A stretch of 64,000 nt of DNA, from positions 6,210 through 70,209 of the forward strand of contig DATGUU010000024.1 of NCBI GenBank assembly GCA_035301085.1, in the 5' to 3' direction. A program made the translations under genes and the position numbers. The notes under the pieces were generated by a model. The model did not search any database and had not been told where the DNA came from. It was given only the letters and a program-made list of their open reading frames with translations. The first letter of the stretch is position 1, and each line of letters opens with the position of its first letter. This document shows positions 20,124 through 29,885 of this stretch, in pieces. This DNA is from Pseudogracilibacillus sp. GTDB lineage: Bacteria > Bacillota > Bacilli > Bacillales > Amphibacillaceae.

Positions 20124-21763
20124 CATTTTCATATCCAGAAACTAAAACACCTGTCTTAAAAGGCATTAATTTAGAAATAAAACAAGGAGAATTCGTTGTT
20201 TTATTTGGAGAATCAGGATCTGGAAAAACTACTTTACTTAAACTACTAAAAAGAGAGCTCGCTCCGCATGGTGAAAAGTCAGGAACGATTACTTATGAAG
20301 GAATATTAATTGAAGATTTAACAGACCGCGTATCGGCAAGTGAGTTGGGGTATGTGATGCAAAATCCAGAATCACAAATTGTAACTGATAAAGTCTGGCA
20401 TGAATTAAGTTTTGGTTTAGAGAATTTAGGCATAAAAACACCTGTCATTCGCAGACGAGTTGGGGAAATAGCTAACTTCTTTGGAATACATACATTATTT
20501 AGAAACAATACAACTGACCTCTCAGGAGGGCAAAAACAATTATTAAACCTAGCTTCAATTATGGTTATGCAGCCGAAAGTACTTATTTTAGATGAACCTA
20601 CATCACAGCTTGATCCTATTGCGGCAACAAATTTCATTAATACATTAAAAATGCTTAATGAGGAGTTAGGGCTGACAATTATTCTTGTTGAACACCGGTT
20701 AGAAGAAGTATTACCTTTAGCAGACCGGGTAATTTTACTTGAAGAGGGTAAGCTACTTCTAGAAAATAAACCTGAACTTATTGGTCAAGAATTGATGAAT
20801 CTTAATGGTCAGCATCGAATGTTTTTAGCATTACCTACATCGATTCAAATCTATCATGCACTTGGGTTTAGTGATGTAAGTCCGCTAACGATTCGGGAAG
20901 GGCGCATGTTTTTAGAGAATAATTATCAGACAGTCACAACTGATTTAGTTGAAGAAACTGATTTAAATAAAGAAGTAGTCATTGAATTAAAAGAAGCTTG
21001 GTTCCGTTATGAGCGTGACTTACCAGATGTGTTAGCGAATGTAGATCTTAAAATTTACAAAGGTGAAATTATTAGTATTCTTGGTGGAAATGGATCAGGA
21101 AAAACAACCTTATTAAATGTTATGTCTGGTACTTCACGTGCTTATCGTGGAAGAGTTAACATAAATGGAAAATCAATTAAAAAATATAAAGGTGCTGAAT
21201 TGTATCGTCATAATTTAGCAGTTTTACCACAAGATCCCCAAACTATTTTTATAAAATCTACTTTGCGAGATGATTATACTGAAATCATGAAAGTACTGGA
21301 TTATAGTAAAGCTGAAATGAAAAAAGAGATAGCCGAAGTATCTGCCAAGCTAGATATAACCCATCTTCTTGATTCACATCCTTATGATTTAAGTGGTGGT
21401 GAGCAACAAAAAGCAGCACTTGGAAAGATCCTACTTTTAAAACCTAAAATCTTATTATTAGATGAACCTACAAAAGGAATTGATGCGTTTTCAAAAGAAA
21501 TACTTGCTGAAATTATTAATGAGTTGCAAGCTGAAGGTTTAACAATTGTTTTAGTGACACATGATATTGAATTTGCAGCTGCTGTATCTGATCGGGTTGG
21601 TTTATTTTTTGATTCAGAAATGATTTCTTTAGATACACCACTCCGATTTTTCTCGGAAAATAACTTCTACACAACAGCTGCAAGTCGTATGTCACGTCAT
21701 CTATTTGATTATACAATCACGAAAGAAAAAATTATTAATGAGTGTGAACGTCAATATGAATAA
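20096..21763 (+). CDS. ECF transporter fused double ABC ATPase
   Basis: GESGSGKT/LSGGQKQ/LDEPT and GGNGSGKT/LSGGEQQ/LDEPT. Confidence 0.92.
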   Translation: MALLQIKDLTFSYPETKTPVLKGINLEIKQGEFVVLFGESGSGKTTLLKLLKRELAPHGEKSGTITYEGILIEDLTDRVSASELGYVMQNPESQIVTDKVWHELSFGLENLGIKTPVIRRRVGEIANFFGIHTLFRNNTTDLSGGQKQLLNLASIMVMQPKVLILDEPTSQLDPIAATNFINTLKMLNEELGLTIILVEHRLEEVLPLADRVILLEEGKLLLENKPELIGQELMNLNGQHRMFLALPTSIQIYHALGFSDVSPLTIREGRMFLENNYQTVTTDLVEETDLNKEVVIELKEAWFRYERDLPDVLANVDLKIYKGEIISILGGNGSGKTTLLNVMSGTSRAYRGRVNINGKSIKKYKGAELYRHNLAVLPQDPQTIFIKSTLRDDYTEIMKVLDYSKAEMKKEIAEVSAKLDITHLLDSHPYDLSGGEQQKAALGKILLLKPKILLLDEPTKGIDAFSKEILAEIINELQAEGLTIVLVTHDIEFAAAVSDRVGLFFDSEMISLDTPLRFFSENNFYTTAASRMSRHLFDYTITKEKIINECERQYE

Positions 21764-22439
21764 ACAAATTTTAAATTACTTTATTTTATTATTACTCGTC
21801 CCTTTAACAATTTACATTGGTATCACATTTTTTGATGATCGAAGTTATGTCTTTATTTCATTTATACTCGTTATCTTAGCGTCAATTCCGTTTTTAATGT
21901 CATTTGAAAATAAAGAAGCAAATACACGTTATATGGTTATTATTGCTGTTTTAGTTGCCTTATCTGTTGTCGGTCGTTTTTTATTTGCGGCTATACCAGC
22001 ATTTAAACCAGTAACTGCAGTTGTCGTCATCTCAGCAATATTCTTTGGTGCTGAGGCTGGATTTTTAGTAGGAGCCTTATCAGCAATTATTTCAAATATT
22101 TATTTTGGTCAAGGTCCTTGGACGCCATTTCAAATGTTTTCCTGGGGAATGATTGGATTTATTGCAGGACTTCCTAAAGTTCGCGACATATTGAAAAAAA
22201 ACCGGTTAATGCTCGTGTTATATGGGATTTTTGCAGGAGTTGTTTACTCTTTAATGATGGATGTGTGGACTGTATTGTCACTTGATAATGCTTTTAATTT
22301 AAAGCGTTATCTAACAGCTATTACAGTAGCAACCCCATTTATGATTACTTATGCAGTTTCAAATGTGATATTTTTACTATTAATTATTAAACCAATCGGT
22401 GAAAAGCTCAATCGAATTAAAATAAAGTATGGAATATAA
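21756..22439 (+). CDS. ECF transporter S component, CbrT-like (predicted cobalamin specificity)
   Basis: ATG 21756 overlaps the ATPase stop; very hydrophobic; IPAFKPVTAVV and SNIYFGQGPWTPFQM; riboswitch context. Confidence 0.78.
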   Translation: MNKQILNYFILLLLVPLTIYIGITFFDDRSYVFISFILVILASIPFLMSFENKEANTRYMVIIAVLVALSVVGRFLFAAIPAFKPVTAVVVISAIFFGAEAGFLVGALSAIISNIYFGQGPWTPFQMFSWGMIGFIAGLPKVRDILKKNRLMLVLYGIFAGVVYSLMMDVWTVLSLDNAFNLKRYLTAITVATPFMITYAVSNVIFLLLIIKPIGEKLNRIKIKYGI

Positions 22440-22454
22440 GAGGAGGAAAAGAAA

Positions 22455-23402
22455 TTGATGACAAAATCAGAACAAGTAATTAATGAAATTAAGAAAGTAA
22501 TTATAGGAAAAGATGAAGTAGCTAAAAAAATATATATGACGATGCTTGCAGAAGGACATGTTTTACTTGAAGATATTCCAGGTGTCGGTAAAACAACAAT
22601 AGCCCTCGCATTTAGTAAAGTGATGGGGCTTGATTTTAACCGAATTCAGTTTACACCAGATGTTGTTGCATCAGACGTATCAGGCTTTACAATGTACGAT
22701 AAAGACAAAGAGGAATTTGTATTTAAAGAAGGTGCCGTGATGACAAACCTTTTATTAGCAGACGAGATAAATCGTACAACAAGTCGGACACAAGCTGCGC
22801 TACTTGAAGTAATGGAAGAAGGTAATGTGACAGTTGACGGCGTGACTTATCCATTGCCAAAACCATTTAATGTAATTGCAACTCAAAACCCGATTGGTTC
22901 ATATGGTACTCAAGAGTTACCGCAGTCTCAACTCGACCGTTTTATGATTAAAACAAGTATCGGCTATCCTGATTTTGAAAGTCAAGTAGAAATCTTACGT
23001 GATCGTCAAACAGGTCAACCTTTAGATGAAGTAAATAAAGTAATCACACGTGAAGAGTTAATTGCACTCCAAGAAGAAGTTCGACAGATTCATGTGTCAG
23101 ATCCTATTTTAAGATACATAACAGAACTGACTGAAGTAACACGTAATCATCCACTCATTGTTCAAGGAGTCAGTCCACGTGGAGCACTCGCGCTTAGCAA
23201 AATGGCTAAAGCTCATGCTTATTTACAAAAAAGAGAATATGTAATTGCAGACGACATAATTGCAGTTTACGCAGATGTTTGTAATCACAGAATGATACTC
23301 AATCAAAAGTCCAAAGTAACTTACGATAGCTCACGTGAATTATTAGAAGAGATATTAAGAGATACAGCAGTACCTGAAATAGAAAAAGTAGCAATTAAAT
23401 AA
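22455..23402 (+). CDS. MoxR family AAA+ ATPase
   Basis: LLEDIPGVGKT, RIQFTPD, LLADEINR, ALLEVMEE, ATQNP, QLDRF. Confidence 0.93.
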   Translation: MMTKSEQVINEIKKVIIGKDEVAKKIYMTMLAEGHVLLEDIPGVGKTTIALAFSKVMGLDFNRIQFTPDVVASDVSGFTMYDKDKEEFVFKEGAVMTNLLLADEINRTTSRTQAALLEVMEEGNVTVDGVTYPLPKPFNVIATQNPIGSYGTQELPQSQLDRFMIKTSIGYPDFESQVEILRDRQTGQPLDEVNKVITREELIALQEEVRQIHVSDPILRYITELTEVTRNHPLIVQGVSPRGALALSKMAKAHAYLQKREYVIADDIIAVYADVCNHRMILNQKSKVTYDSSRELLEEILRDTAVPEIEKVAIK

Positions 23403-23414
23403 AGGAGGCTAAAC

Positions 23415-24578
23415 ATGCTGCAATCGCGAATACTTGGTGTTATTTGGCTTATTTTTAGCATCGTCTTCTTTATTTTTGATGATAGTTATTTAGGTTTATT
23501 ATTACTTATTCTGACAGGAATATTACTTATTTTACTTATTTTAAATATTGTTTTACTAAAAAATAAGTTAATATTTAACTTAAAAACTGAAGGAACAGTT
23601 CATAAAAATGAACCTGGAAGACTTACGATTCAAGTAGAAAATAAGAGTGTATTACCGGTTTCTAAAGTTAAAATTTATTTGGAGTTTGAAAATAAATTAA
23701 CAAATCAATTGGATACAAAAGTTTTTGTACTTAGTTTAAATAGTAGAGAATCTGAGTCACTGCCGTTGGATATGAGAAGCAAGTATTGTGGGCAAATCCA
23801 AGTGACAGTGAAAAAAATTCATTATTATGATTTCTTAGGCATATTTACACGAACTGTTGAGATAAATACATTATCACAGTTATTTATTTTACCTAATCAA
23901 TATCCAATCAATATCACAGTTGGTGACTCTTATGTTGGACTTGCAGATAGTCATTCTCATAAAGTTAGTAGACATGGTGATGATGGGTTAGAAATATTTG
24001 GTATTAAAGCATATAGTCACGAAGATAATTTAAAACATATACATTGGAATTTAACGAGTAAATTTGATGAGTTAATAATCAAAGAATTGAGCGAAGCTGT
24101 TAATTATACTTTTTTAATACTCGTTGATTTAACGGTTAAAAATGATGCTAATAAAAATGATCCAGCAGTTATCGATGCCATGATGGATACCCTTATTTCA
24201 ATAACAGAATCATTGTTAGATGAAGGGTATGAGTCTTCAATCGGTTGGTTAGATAAAGAATCAAATATTATTCAAATTGAAGAAGTCTATTCTAAAGATC
24301 AATTAACAATTTTACTTAAACAGATATTACTGTTAGAACAAACAGAAAGAAAAGAAACATTATTAGAAACATTTTCTCAGTCTGATTCCAGAGACCGATA
24401 TTCTCATCTTGTTTATCTAACATCTGAACAAGGTCATGAAAGATTAACAAATGATTTAGTACAAACAAAAGTGACAGAACTTATTTGTCAATCAGAAAAA
24501 AAGCTTCAAAAAATGAGTAACGAATTTATTTACACACCAGAAACAATGAATGAAGATTTAGGTGAACTTTCCATTTAA
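23415..24578 (+). CDS. DUF58 domain protein with N-terminal TM helices
   Basis: Position after moxR; diverged DUF58 motif IKAYSHEDNLKHIHWNLTSK...IIKE; ILVD strand. Confidence 0.75.
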   Translation: MLQSRILGVIWLIFSIVFFIFDDSYLGLLLLILTGILLILLILNIVLLKNKLIFNLKTEGTVHKNEPGRLTIQVENKSVLPVSKVKIYLEFENKLTNQLDTKVFVLSLNSRESESLPLDMRSKYCGQIQVTVKKIHYYDFLGIFTRTVEINTLSQLFILPNQYPINITVGDSYVGLADSHSHKVSRHGDDGLEIFGIKAYSHEDNLKHIHWNLTSKFDELIIKELSEAVNYTFLILVDLTVKNDANKNDPAVIDAMMDTLISITESLLDEGYESSIGWLDKESNIIQIEEVYSKDQLTILLKQILLLEQTERKETLLETFSQSDSRDRYSHLVYLTSEQGHERLTNDLVQTKVTELICQSEKKLQKMSNEFIYTPETMNEDLGELSI

Positions 24579-24589
24579 GGAGCATCAGT

Positions 24590-27007
24590 ATGTCAAAAAA
24601 TAATATTGAAATCAATTTACATAGAGAGCAACCAAATAATCGACAGTATCTCACTTATTTATTAAGTCAATTTTTTATTGCAAGCTTCTTTTATATAATG
24701 GTTGTTTTTGCATTTTTAGATTCCTTTAAGTTTCCTGATGCGTCTTTCTACGGAATATTAGTAGGTCTTTTACCAATTGTGTTTTTATTTTTCATTAAAA
24801 ATAAAAAAATAAAAACATATGGTGGCTTGGGATTCTTATTATTCCTTACACTTATATTTATTATTTTTAATAAGTACACTCTAAATGGTTTCTTTTTAAG
24901 TTTAAATCATTTTGCAGACGTAGTCGGAGTACATACGACTTACTTGTTACCAAAGTATAAAATTTTAATTGAACCAGAATCATTTAAGTCAGCTTTTAAT
25001 TTATTTATAACTTATGTGTTTATTTTATTTGGTTATATAAGTTATTTAATTGTGAGTAAAAAATTATCGTTTATAATTTGGCCATTTATGATATTAATTT
25101 TAGGATTTCAATTAATTACAGGAATTTACTTTAATACCTATTTAAATATTGGTTTATTTCTTGCTAGTATACTCATAATTAATACATCATTTATCAATAA
25201 AAAGTCTCAAGACTATAATTTAATTGAAACAAAAAATAATACTTCATTTTTAACACGTATTGTTTTAATTATTTTGTTTGTATTAACACTCTTGATTGCA
25301 TTTACTATTCAATCACAAGCTGAATATAAAAAAAATGCATCCGTTAGAACAGTCGAAGAAAAAGCATTCAATCAAGTAGATAAGATTCGCTATGAAAAAA
25401 ACACTCCTGATTCATTAACTCAAGGTGATTTTTTAAAATTGGCTAACCTTGAATTAACAGATGGTGAAGCTTTAGAAATCATTATGGAAGAGCCTAGATC
25501 TTATTATTTAAGAGGGTTTATTGGTGCTGAATATTCAAAGAATGCCTGGTCTGATTTAGCTAATGAAGCGATTTATGAGAATTATGGTTTATTTTATTCC
25601 TTAAATGAATCTGGATATACACCTCTTACTCAGTTGAGTTTAGTTGATGAGATTACACGGAAGAAAGATGAAGATACATTTACCCAACAGATATCAATTA
25701 ATAATTTAAATGCACATAGTAAATATTTATATACACCGTACGAAATAAATGATTCGCTAACTGATATAGCAGATTTACATTATTTTAATGAAAGTCATTT
25801 AATCTCAAAAAGTTTTAAAGGAAAAAGACAGTATTCATATGAGGTAAGTGATGATTTAGTAACAAATTATCCAGCCATTGCAAATCGACTATATAAAAAT
25901 AAAGATAAAGATAGTGTTAAAACATATCTAGATTATGAAGCTTATTATAATCAATATGTTTATGATTATTATACTGATTTACCAGAAGAAGTAGAAGATG
26001 TGTTAAGTATTTACTTTGAAAATAAGAGTGAAGATGAAACACATATTGCTTATGAACAAGCAATCGAGTTAGTTAAAGACTATTTAGAAAAAACTATAAA
26101 TTATAATGAAAGTCCTAAAAGATTATATAGAAATCGTGATTTTCTATCATTTATTATCGAGGAATCAAAAGAAGGTTATGCTCCACATTATGCAACGACT
26201 GGAACGTTATTATTTAGATATTTAGGAATCCCAGCAAGATATGTTGAAGGGTACTTAGTTACCCCAGATATAATCAAAGACAAAGAAGCTTTTGATAAAT
26301 TAACAATCACAGGTAAAGAAGCTCATGCTTGGACTGAAATTTATTTTGATGAAATAGGTTGGATTCCAATCGAGGTAACACCTGAATATGAAAATGTTAT
26401 GCCACCTATAGATATGACTGATTATCCTAAAGGTGAATGGTCGGATGAAGAAGAAAAATTACAAAAAGATACTGACGGAAGTAATGGTGATAACGAAAAT
26501 ACTAATAAAGATAATGAACAATCGGATAATCAAGATGCATTAACAGAAGATATAGAAAAAGATCAAACTGACTTTTTAAAGTATTTCTTAATATTATTGT
26601 TAATTATTTTATTACTCATGATTTTAACTTATCTTGTTTATTTAATTAAGAAGCGTTTAGAACTAAGAAGATTAATTCAAAGCTTTGTTGGAAGTGACCT
26701 AAACAAAGCAACAACAGCAATCACATCTTATTCACTGACTTTACTACATTATGTAGGTATTAAAGAGCGACAGGGTTCAATTAAGGCTTATGAGAAAGAT
26801 GTTAAAAAGGAATTTGGATCTGATTATGCTCGCGACTTTAGCCAAATGCTTAAAATAAACCAAGCAGCGGTTTATAGTGGAAAAGAAACTAGGAAAGAGG
26901 ACCATGCATTCGTTCTTGAATTCAAAGATAAATTGCTTAATGAAATTACCAAAGAAAAAACATTCTTACAAAAAGTTAAAATGCGCTTATGGGATTTCAT
27001 TTATTAA
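24590..27007 (+). CDS. Polytopic membrane protein with transglutaminase-like domain (catalytic Cys absent)
   Basis: Several N-terminal TMs, YLRGFIG, GYAPHYAT...RYLGIPARYVEGY, HAWTEIY...GWIPIEVTP, C-terminal TM and cytoplasmic domain. Confidence 0.85.
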   Translation: MSKNNIEINLHREQPNNRQYLTYLLSQFFIASFFYIMVVFAFLDSFKFPDASFYGILVGLLPIVFLFFIKNKKIKTYGGLGFLLFLTLIFIIFNKYTLNGFFLSLNHFADVVGVHTTYLLPKYKILIEPESFKSAFNLFITYVFILFGYISYLIVSKKLSFIIWPFMILILGFQLITGIYFNTYLNIGLFLASILIINTSFINKKSQDYNLIETKNNTSFLTRIVLIILFVLTLLIAFTIQSQAEYKKNASVRTVEEKAFNQVDKIRYEKNTPDSLTQGDFLKLANLELTDGEALEIIMEEPRSYYLRGFIGAEYSKNAWSDLANEAIYENYGLFYSLNESGYTPLTQLSLVDEITRKKDEDTFTQQISINNLNAHSKYLYTPYEINDSLTDIADLHYFNESHLISKSFKGKRQYSYEVSDDLVTNYPAIANRLYKNKDKDSVKTYLDYEAYYNQYVYDYYTDLPEEVEDVLSIYFENKSEDETHIAYEQAIELVKDYLEKTINYNESPKRLYRNRDFLSFIIEESKEGYAPHYATTGTLLFRYLGIPARYVEGYLVTPDIIKDKEAFDKLTITGKEAHAWTEIYFDEIGWIPIEVTPEYENVMPPIDMTDYPKGEWSDEEEKLQKDTDGSNGDNENTNKDNEQSDNQDALTEDIEKDQTDFLKYFLILLLIILLLMILTYLVYLIKKRLELRRLIQSFVGSDLNKATTAITSYSLTLLHYVGIKERQGSIKAYEKDVKKEFGSDYARDFSQMLKINQAAVYSGKETRKEDHAFVLEFKDKLLNEITKEKTFLQKVKMRLWDFIY

Positions 27008-27015
27008 AAGTATAA

Positions 27016-27052
27016 AAAAGTAGCCAAAGAGAATTTCTCTTTGGCTACTTTT
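27016..27052. terminator. Bidirectional terminator
   Basis: AAAAGTAGCCAAAGAGA / TCTCTTTGGCTACTTTT. Confidence 0.9.
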
Positions 27053-27059
27053 AAATTAT

Positions 27060-27989
27060 TTATTTAGCTTCTAAATCTTCAATTGAATCAATATCCATAT
27101 ACTCTGGAACAACTAAACCAATCTTAGCACCGTGCAGGTTAGGGCCTAAGTCATCAAAGTTATCTTCATGTTCTTCATAAAACTGTGCATGTGTAAAGGG
27201 TAACCAAGCAGCAATTGTTGCATCAGCATCACCATTCGCTAATGATTCAAAAACAATTGCAACGTCAACTGGTGTTACTTTTACATCGAAACCAACTGAC
27301 TCCATGACTTCTTTTAAAACAGAAGAAGAAGTAATTTCAGAGTCCCAAGGTGTTGAAACAAGCTCAACTGATTCACCATTCGCATCATCAACGCCTTCAA
27401 TCCATTTAGACGTTTTATCCTTATTATCAGCTACCCATTGTTTTGCAACATCTTCAATTTCTTTATCAGCTTCTGCTGCTTCATACATAATGTCTTCCAT
27501 ATCTTCAATATCCCATTCAAATTGATCAAGTACTTTATAAGCATTTGGTTTTGAATCTTTTAAATCCGTAGTTACAAGTGTTGAAATAGTTTCTTCTCCA
27601 CCATAGATTCCTTTAGGGTCTTCTAAGTATTTCATTTCAGGGTGTTTAGAGAACATCCAATGTGGATTCCATCCAGTCACGATAATAGGCTCTTCTTTTT
27701 CAATTGCTTGATCTAATTCAACTAACATCGCAGCAGTAGAAGCAAGCTGAACGTCCCAATTTTCAAGTGAATCATATTCTTCCAAAGCTTTCTCAGTTGC
27801 TACTGAAATACCCGCTCCTGGTTCAATACCTGTGATAGTATAATCAACTGCTTCACTGTAATTCTCGTCAGATATATCTGTTTTTTCTTTTTCTGAATCT
27901 GCATTGTCTGAACTACATCCAGTAATCAGCAACCCAGCAGAAATGATTCCAGGAATTATTAATTTCGATAATTTACGTGTTAATGTCAA
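27060..27989 (-). CDS. opuAC: Glycine betaine ABC substrate-binding lipoprotein, second OpuAC paralog
   Basis: Lipobox LITGC; ITGIEPGAG, GWNPHW, WDSE, AWLPFTH. Confidence 0.85.
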   Translation of the reverse strand: MTLTRKLSKLIIPGIISAGLLITGCSSDNADSEKEKTDISDENYSEAVDYTITGIEPGAGISVATEKALEEYDSLENWDVQLASTAAMLVELDQAIEKEEPIIVTGWNPHWMFSKHPEMKYLEDPKGIYGGEETISTLVTTDLKDSKPNAYKVLDQFEWDIEDMEDIMYEAAEADKEIEDVAKQWVADNKDKTSKWIEGVDDANGESVELVSTPWDSEITSSSVLKEVMESVGFDVKVTPVDVAIVFESLANGDADATIAAWLPFTHAQFYEEHEDNFDDLGPNLHGAKIGLVVPEYMDIDSIEDLEAK

Positions 27990-28020
27990 CTCTATCTTCT
28001 CCCTTATTATAAAATGTTAT

Positions 28021-28051
28021 AAAAAAAAGCGGGTGGAGTTACACCCGCTTT
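28021..28051 (-). terminator. Terminator between the two opuAC paralogs
   Basis: On the minus strand: AAAGCGGGTG-TAACTC-CACCCGCTTTTTTTT. Confidence 0.8.
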
Positions 28052-28056
28052 ACTAT

Positions 28057-28962
28057 TTATTTAGCTTCTAAATCTTCAATTGAATCAATATCCATATACT
28101 CTGGAACAACTAAACCAATCTTAGCACCTTCAAGGTTAACACCTAACTCTTCAACCTCGTCTTTATACTCTTCATATAATTCACCATGAGTTGCAGGTAA
28201 CCAAGCAGCTACCATGGCATCAGCATCACCACTTGCAACAGCTTGCCACATAACAGCATTATCTAATGGAGTGATTGTTACATCATAACCAAGGTCGCTT
28301 AGTACTTTTCCAACAACATTAGTTGACGAAACTTCTGTATCCCACTCAACATAAACAAGTTCGATTTCGTCAGTTCCTTCTTCAACTCCATCTGTCCACT
28401 CGTTTACTTTATCTTCGTTTTCTTCAATCCATTCAGCCGCAGCATCTTCAGGAGATGCACCATCGTCAATTTTAGACATGACGTTTTCAATATCGTCTGT
28501 TGACCATTCGAATTGTTCTAGTAATTTAGCAGCGTTTGGATGATCATCAGAAAATCCTTCGCGTGCCATTGTATTGATTGTTTCTACATCACCGAATACA
28601 CCTTTAGGATCTTCTAAATATTTAAGGTCATATTTAGCGAATTTCCAGTGTGGTGTCCAACCAGTAACGATAATTGGTTCTTCGTTATCAATTGCACTTC
28701 CTAAAGCTGATGCCATTGCACCACTTGAAGAAGCTTGAACTTCCCAACCATCTAATCCGTATTCTTCAACAGCTTTTTCTGAAGCTTGGAATACACCAGC
28801 ACCAGGTTCGATACCAGTGATTGTGTAATTAACTTCCTCGCTATAATTTGTTTCTCCATTATCTTCTGTCTTTGCAGCGTCATCAGACCCACAACCTGCT
28901 GCAATAAGTGTTAATGAAAGTCCTGCAATAACACCAAGACGCTTTAAATTATTTTTTAACAT
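28057..28962 (-). CDS. opuAC: Glycine betaine ABC substrate-binding lipoprotein
   Basis: Lipobox AAGC; GWTPHW, WDTE, AWLPATH. ATG 28962 is better spaced from the AAGGAG RBS than 28971. Confidence 0.9.
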   Translation of the reverse strand: MLKNNLKRLGVIAGLSLTLIAAGCGSDDAAKTEDNGETNYSEEVNYTITGIEPGAGVFQASEKAVEEYGLDGWEVQASSSGAMASALGSAIDNEEPIIVTGWTPHWKFAKYDLKYLEDPKGVFGDVETINTMAREGFSDDHPNAAKLLEQFEWSTDDIENVMSKIDDGASPEDAAAEWIEENEDKVNEWTDGVEEGTDEIELVYVEWDTEVSSTNVVGKVLSDLGYDVTITPLDNAVMWQAVASGDADAMVAAWLPATHGELYEEYKDEVEELGVNLEGAKIGLVVPEYMDIDSIEDLEAK

Positions 28963-29024
28963 AATTGACATTTCTCCTTATAAATAATATTTAAAAATTT
29001 AGTAATAAATAAAGAAGTTATTTA

Positions 29025-29885
29025 TTAATTATTTTGTTTTGCTTCTTTATTTAAATTTTGTGTGAAACGATCAATGACAATTGCTAGAATAACGATACCT
29101 AAACCAGCAACAAAACCAGCACCAGCGTTAGCTCTTTGTAGAGCGCTTAGTACATCATGACCAAGACCAGGTGCACCTATCATTGAAGCCGTAACAACCA
29201 TAGATAATGCTAACATAACTGTTTGGTTAATTCCAGCCATGATAGTTGTTTTGGCCATTGGCAATTCAACTTTAAATAATTTTTGCGTACCTGTACTTCC
29301 AAATGCTTCGGATGCTTCAACAAGCTCGCTTGCTACTTGACGAATCCCTAAATTAGTAAAACGAACTGTAGGCGGTGTTGCAAAAATAAGTGAGGCAAAC
29401 ACACCAGGGACCATACCAATACCAAAGAATGCAACAGCAGGTATTAAATAAACAAATGCTGGCATTGTCTGCATAAAGTCAAGAATTGGAGAAATAATAG
29501 ACTGTGCTATTTTACTCTTAGACATTAAAATTCCAACTGGTACACCAATTATAATTGAAAGAATACTAGATACTAAAACAAGAGTAAGTGTCTGCATTAA
29601 ATGAGACCACAAATCTTGGTTATAAACAAACCATAATCCGACAATTGAAAAAGTTGCTAAACCTAATTTCTTTCCAGTGAGTAAGAAAGCTACAACAGCA
29701 ACAACAATAATAACTATAATTGGCGGTATTAAGTTAAGTGAATCGGCAATAAAATTCATCGCATCTTTACCATCATCTTTAAAGAAGTTAAATAGTAAAG
29801 AAAATGTTGAAGTTAATGTTTTTGTGAATTCATCGACCCATTCAGCTACCGGAAGTTTTGGGATTAAATCTAAAAGATTATTCAT
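29025..29885 (-). CDS. opuAB: Glycine betaine ABC permease
   Basis: PILDFMQTMPAFVYLIP, EASEAFG EAA loop. Confidence 0.93.
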   Translation of the reverse strand: MNNLLDLIPKLPVAEWVDEFTKTLTSTFSLLFNFFKDDGKDAMNFIADSLNLIPPIIVIIVVAVVAFLLTGKKLGLATFSIVGLWFVYNQDLWSHLMQTLTLVLVSSILSIIIGVPVGILMSKSKIAQSIISPILDFMQTMPAFVYLIPAVAFFGIGMVPGVFASLIFATPPTVRFTNLGIRQVASELVEASEAFGSTGTQKLFKVELPMAKTTIMAGINQTVMLALSMVVTASMIGAPGLGHDVLSALQRANAGAGFVAGLGIVILAIVIDRFTQNLNKEAKQNN

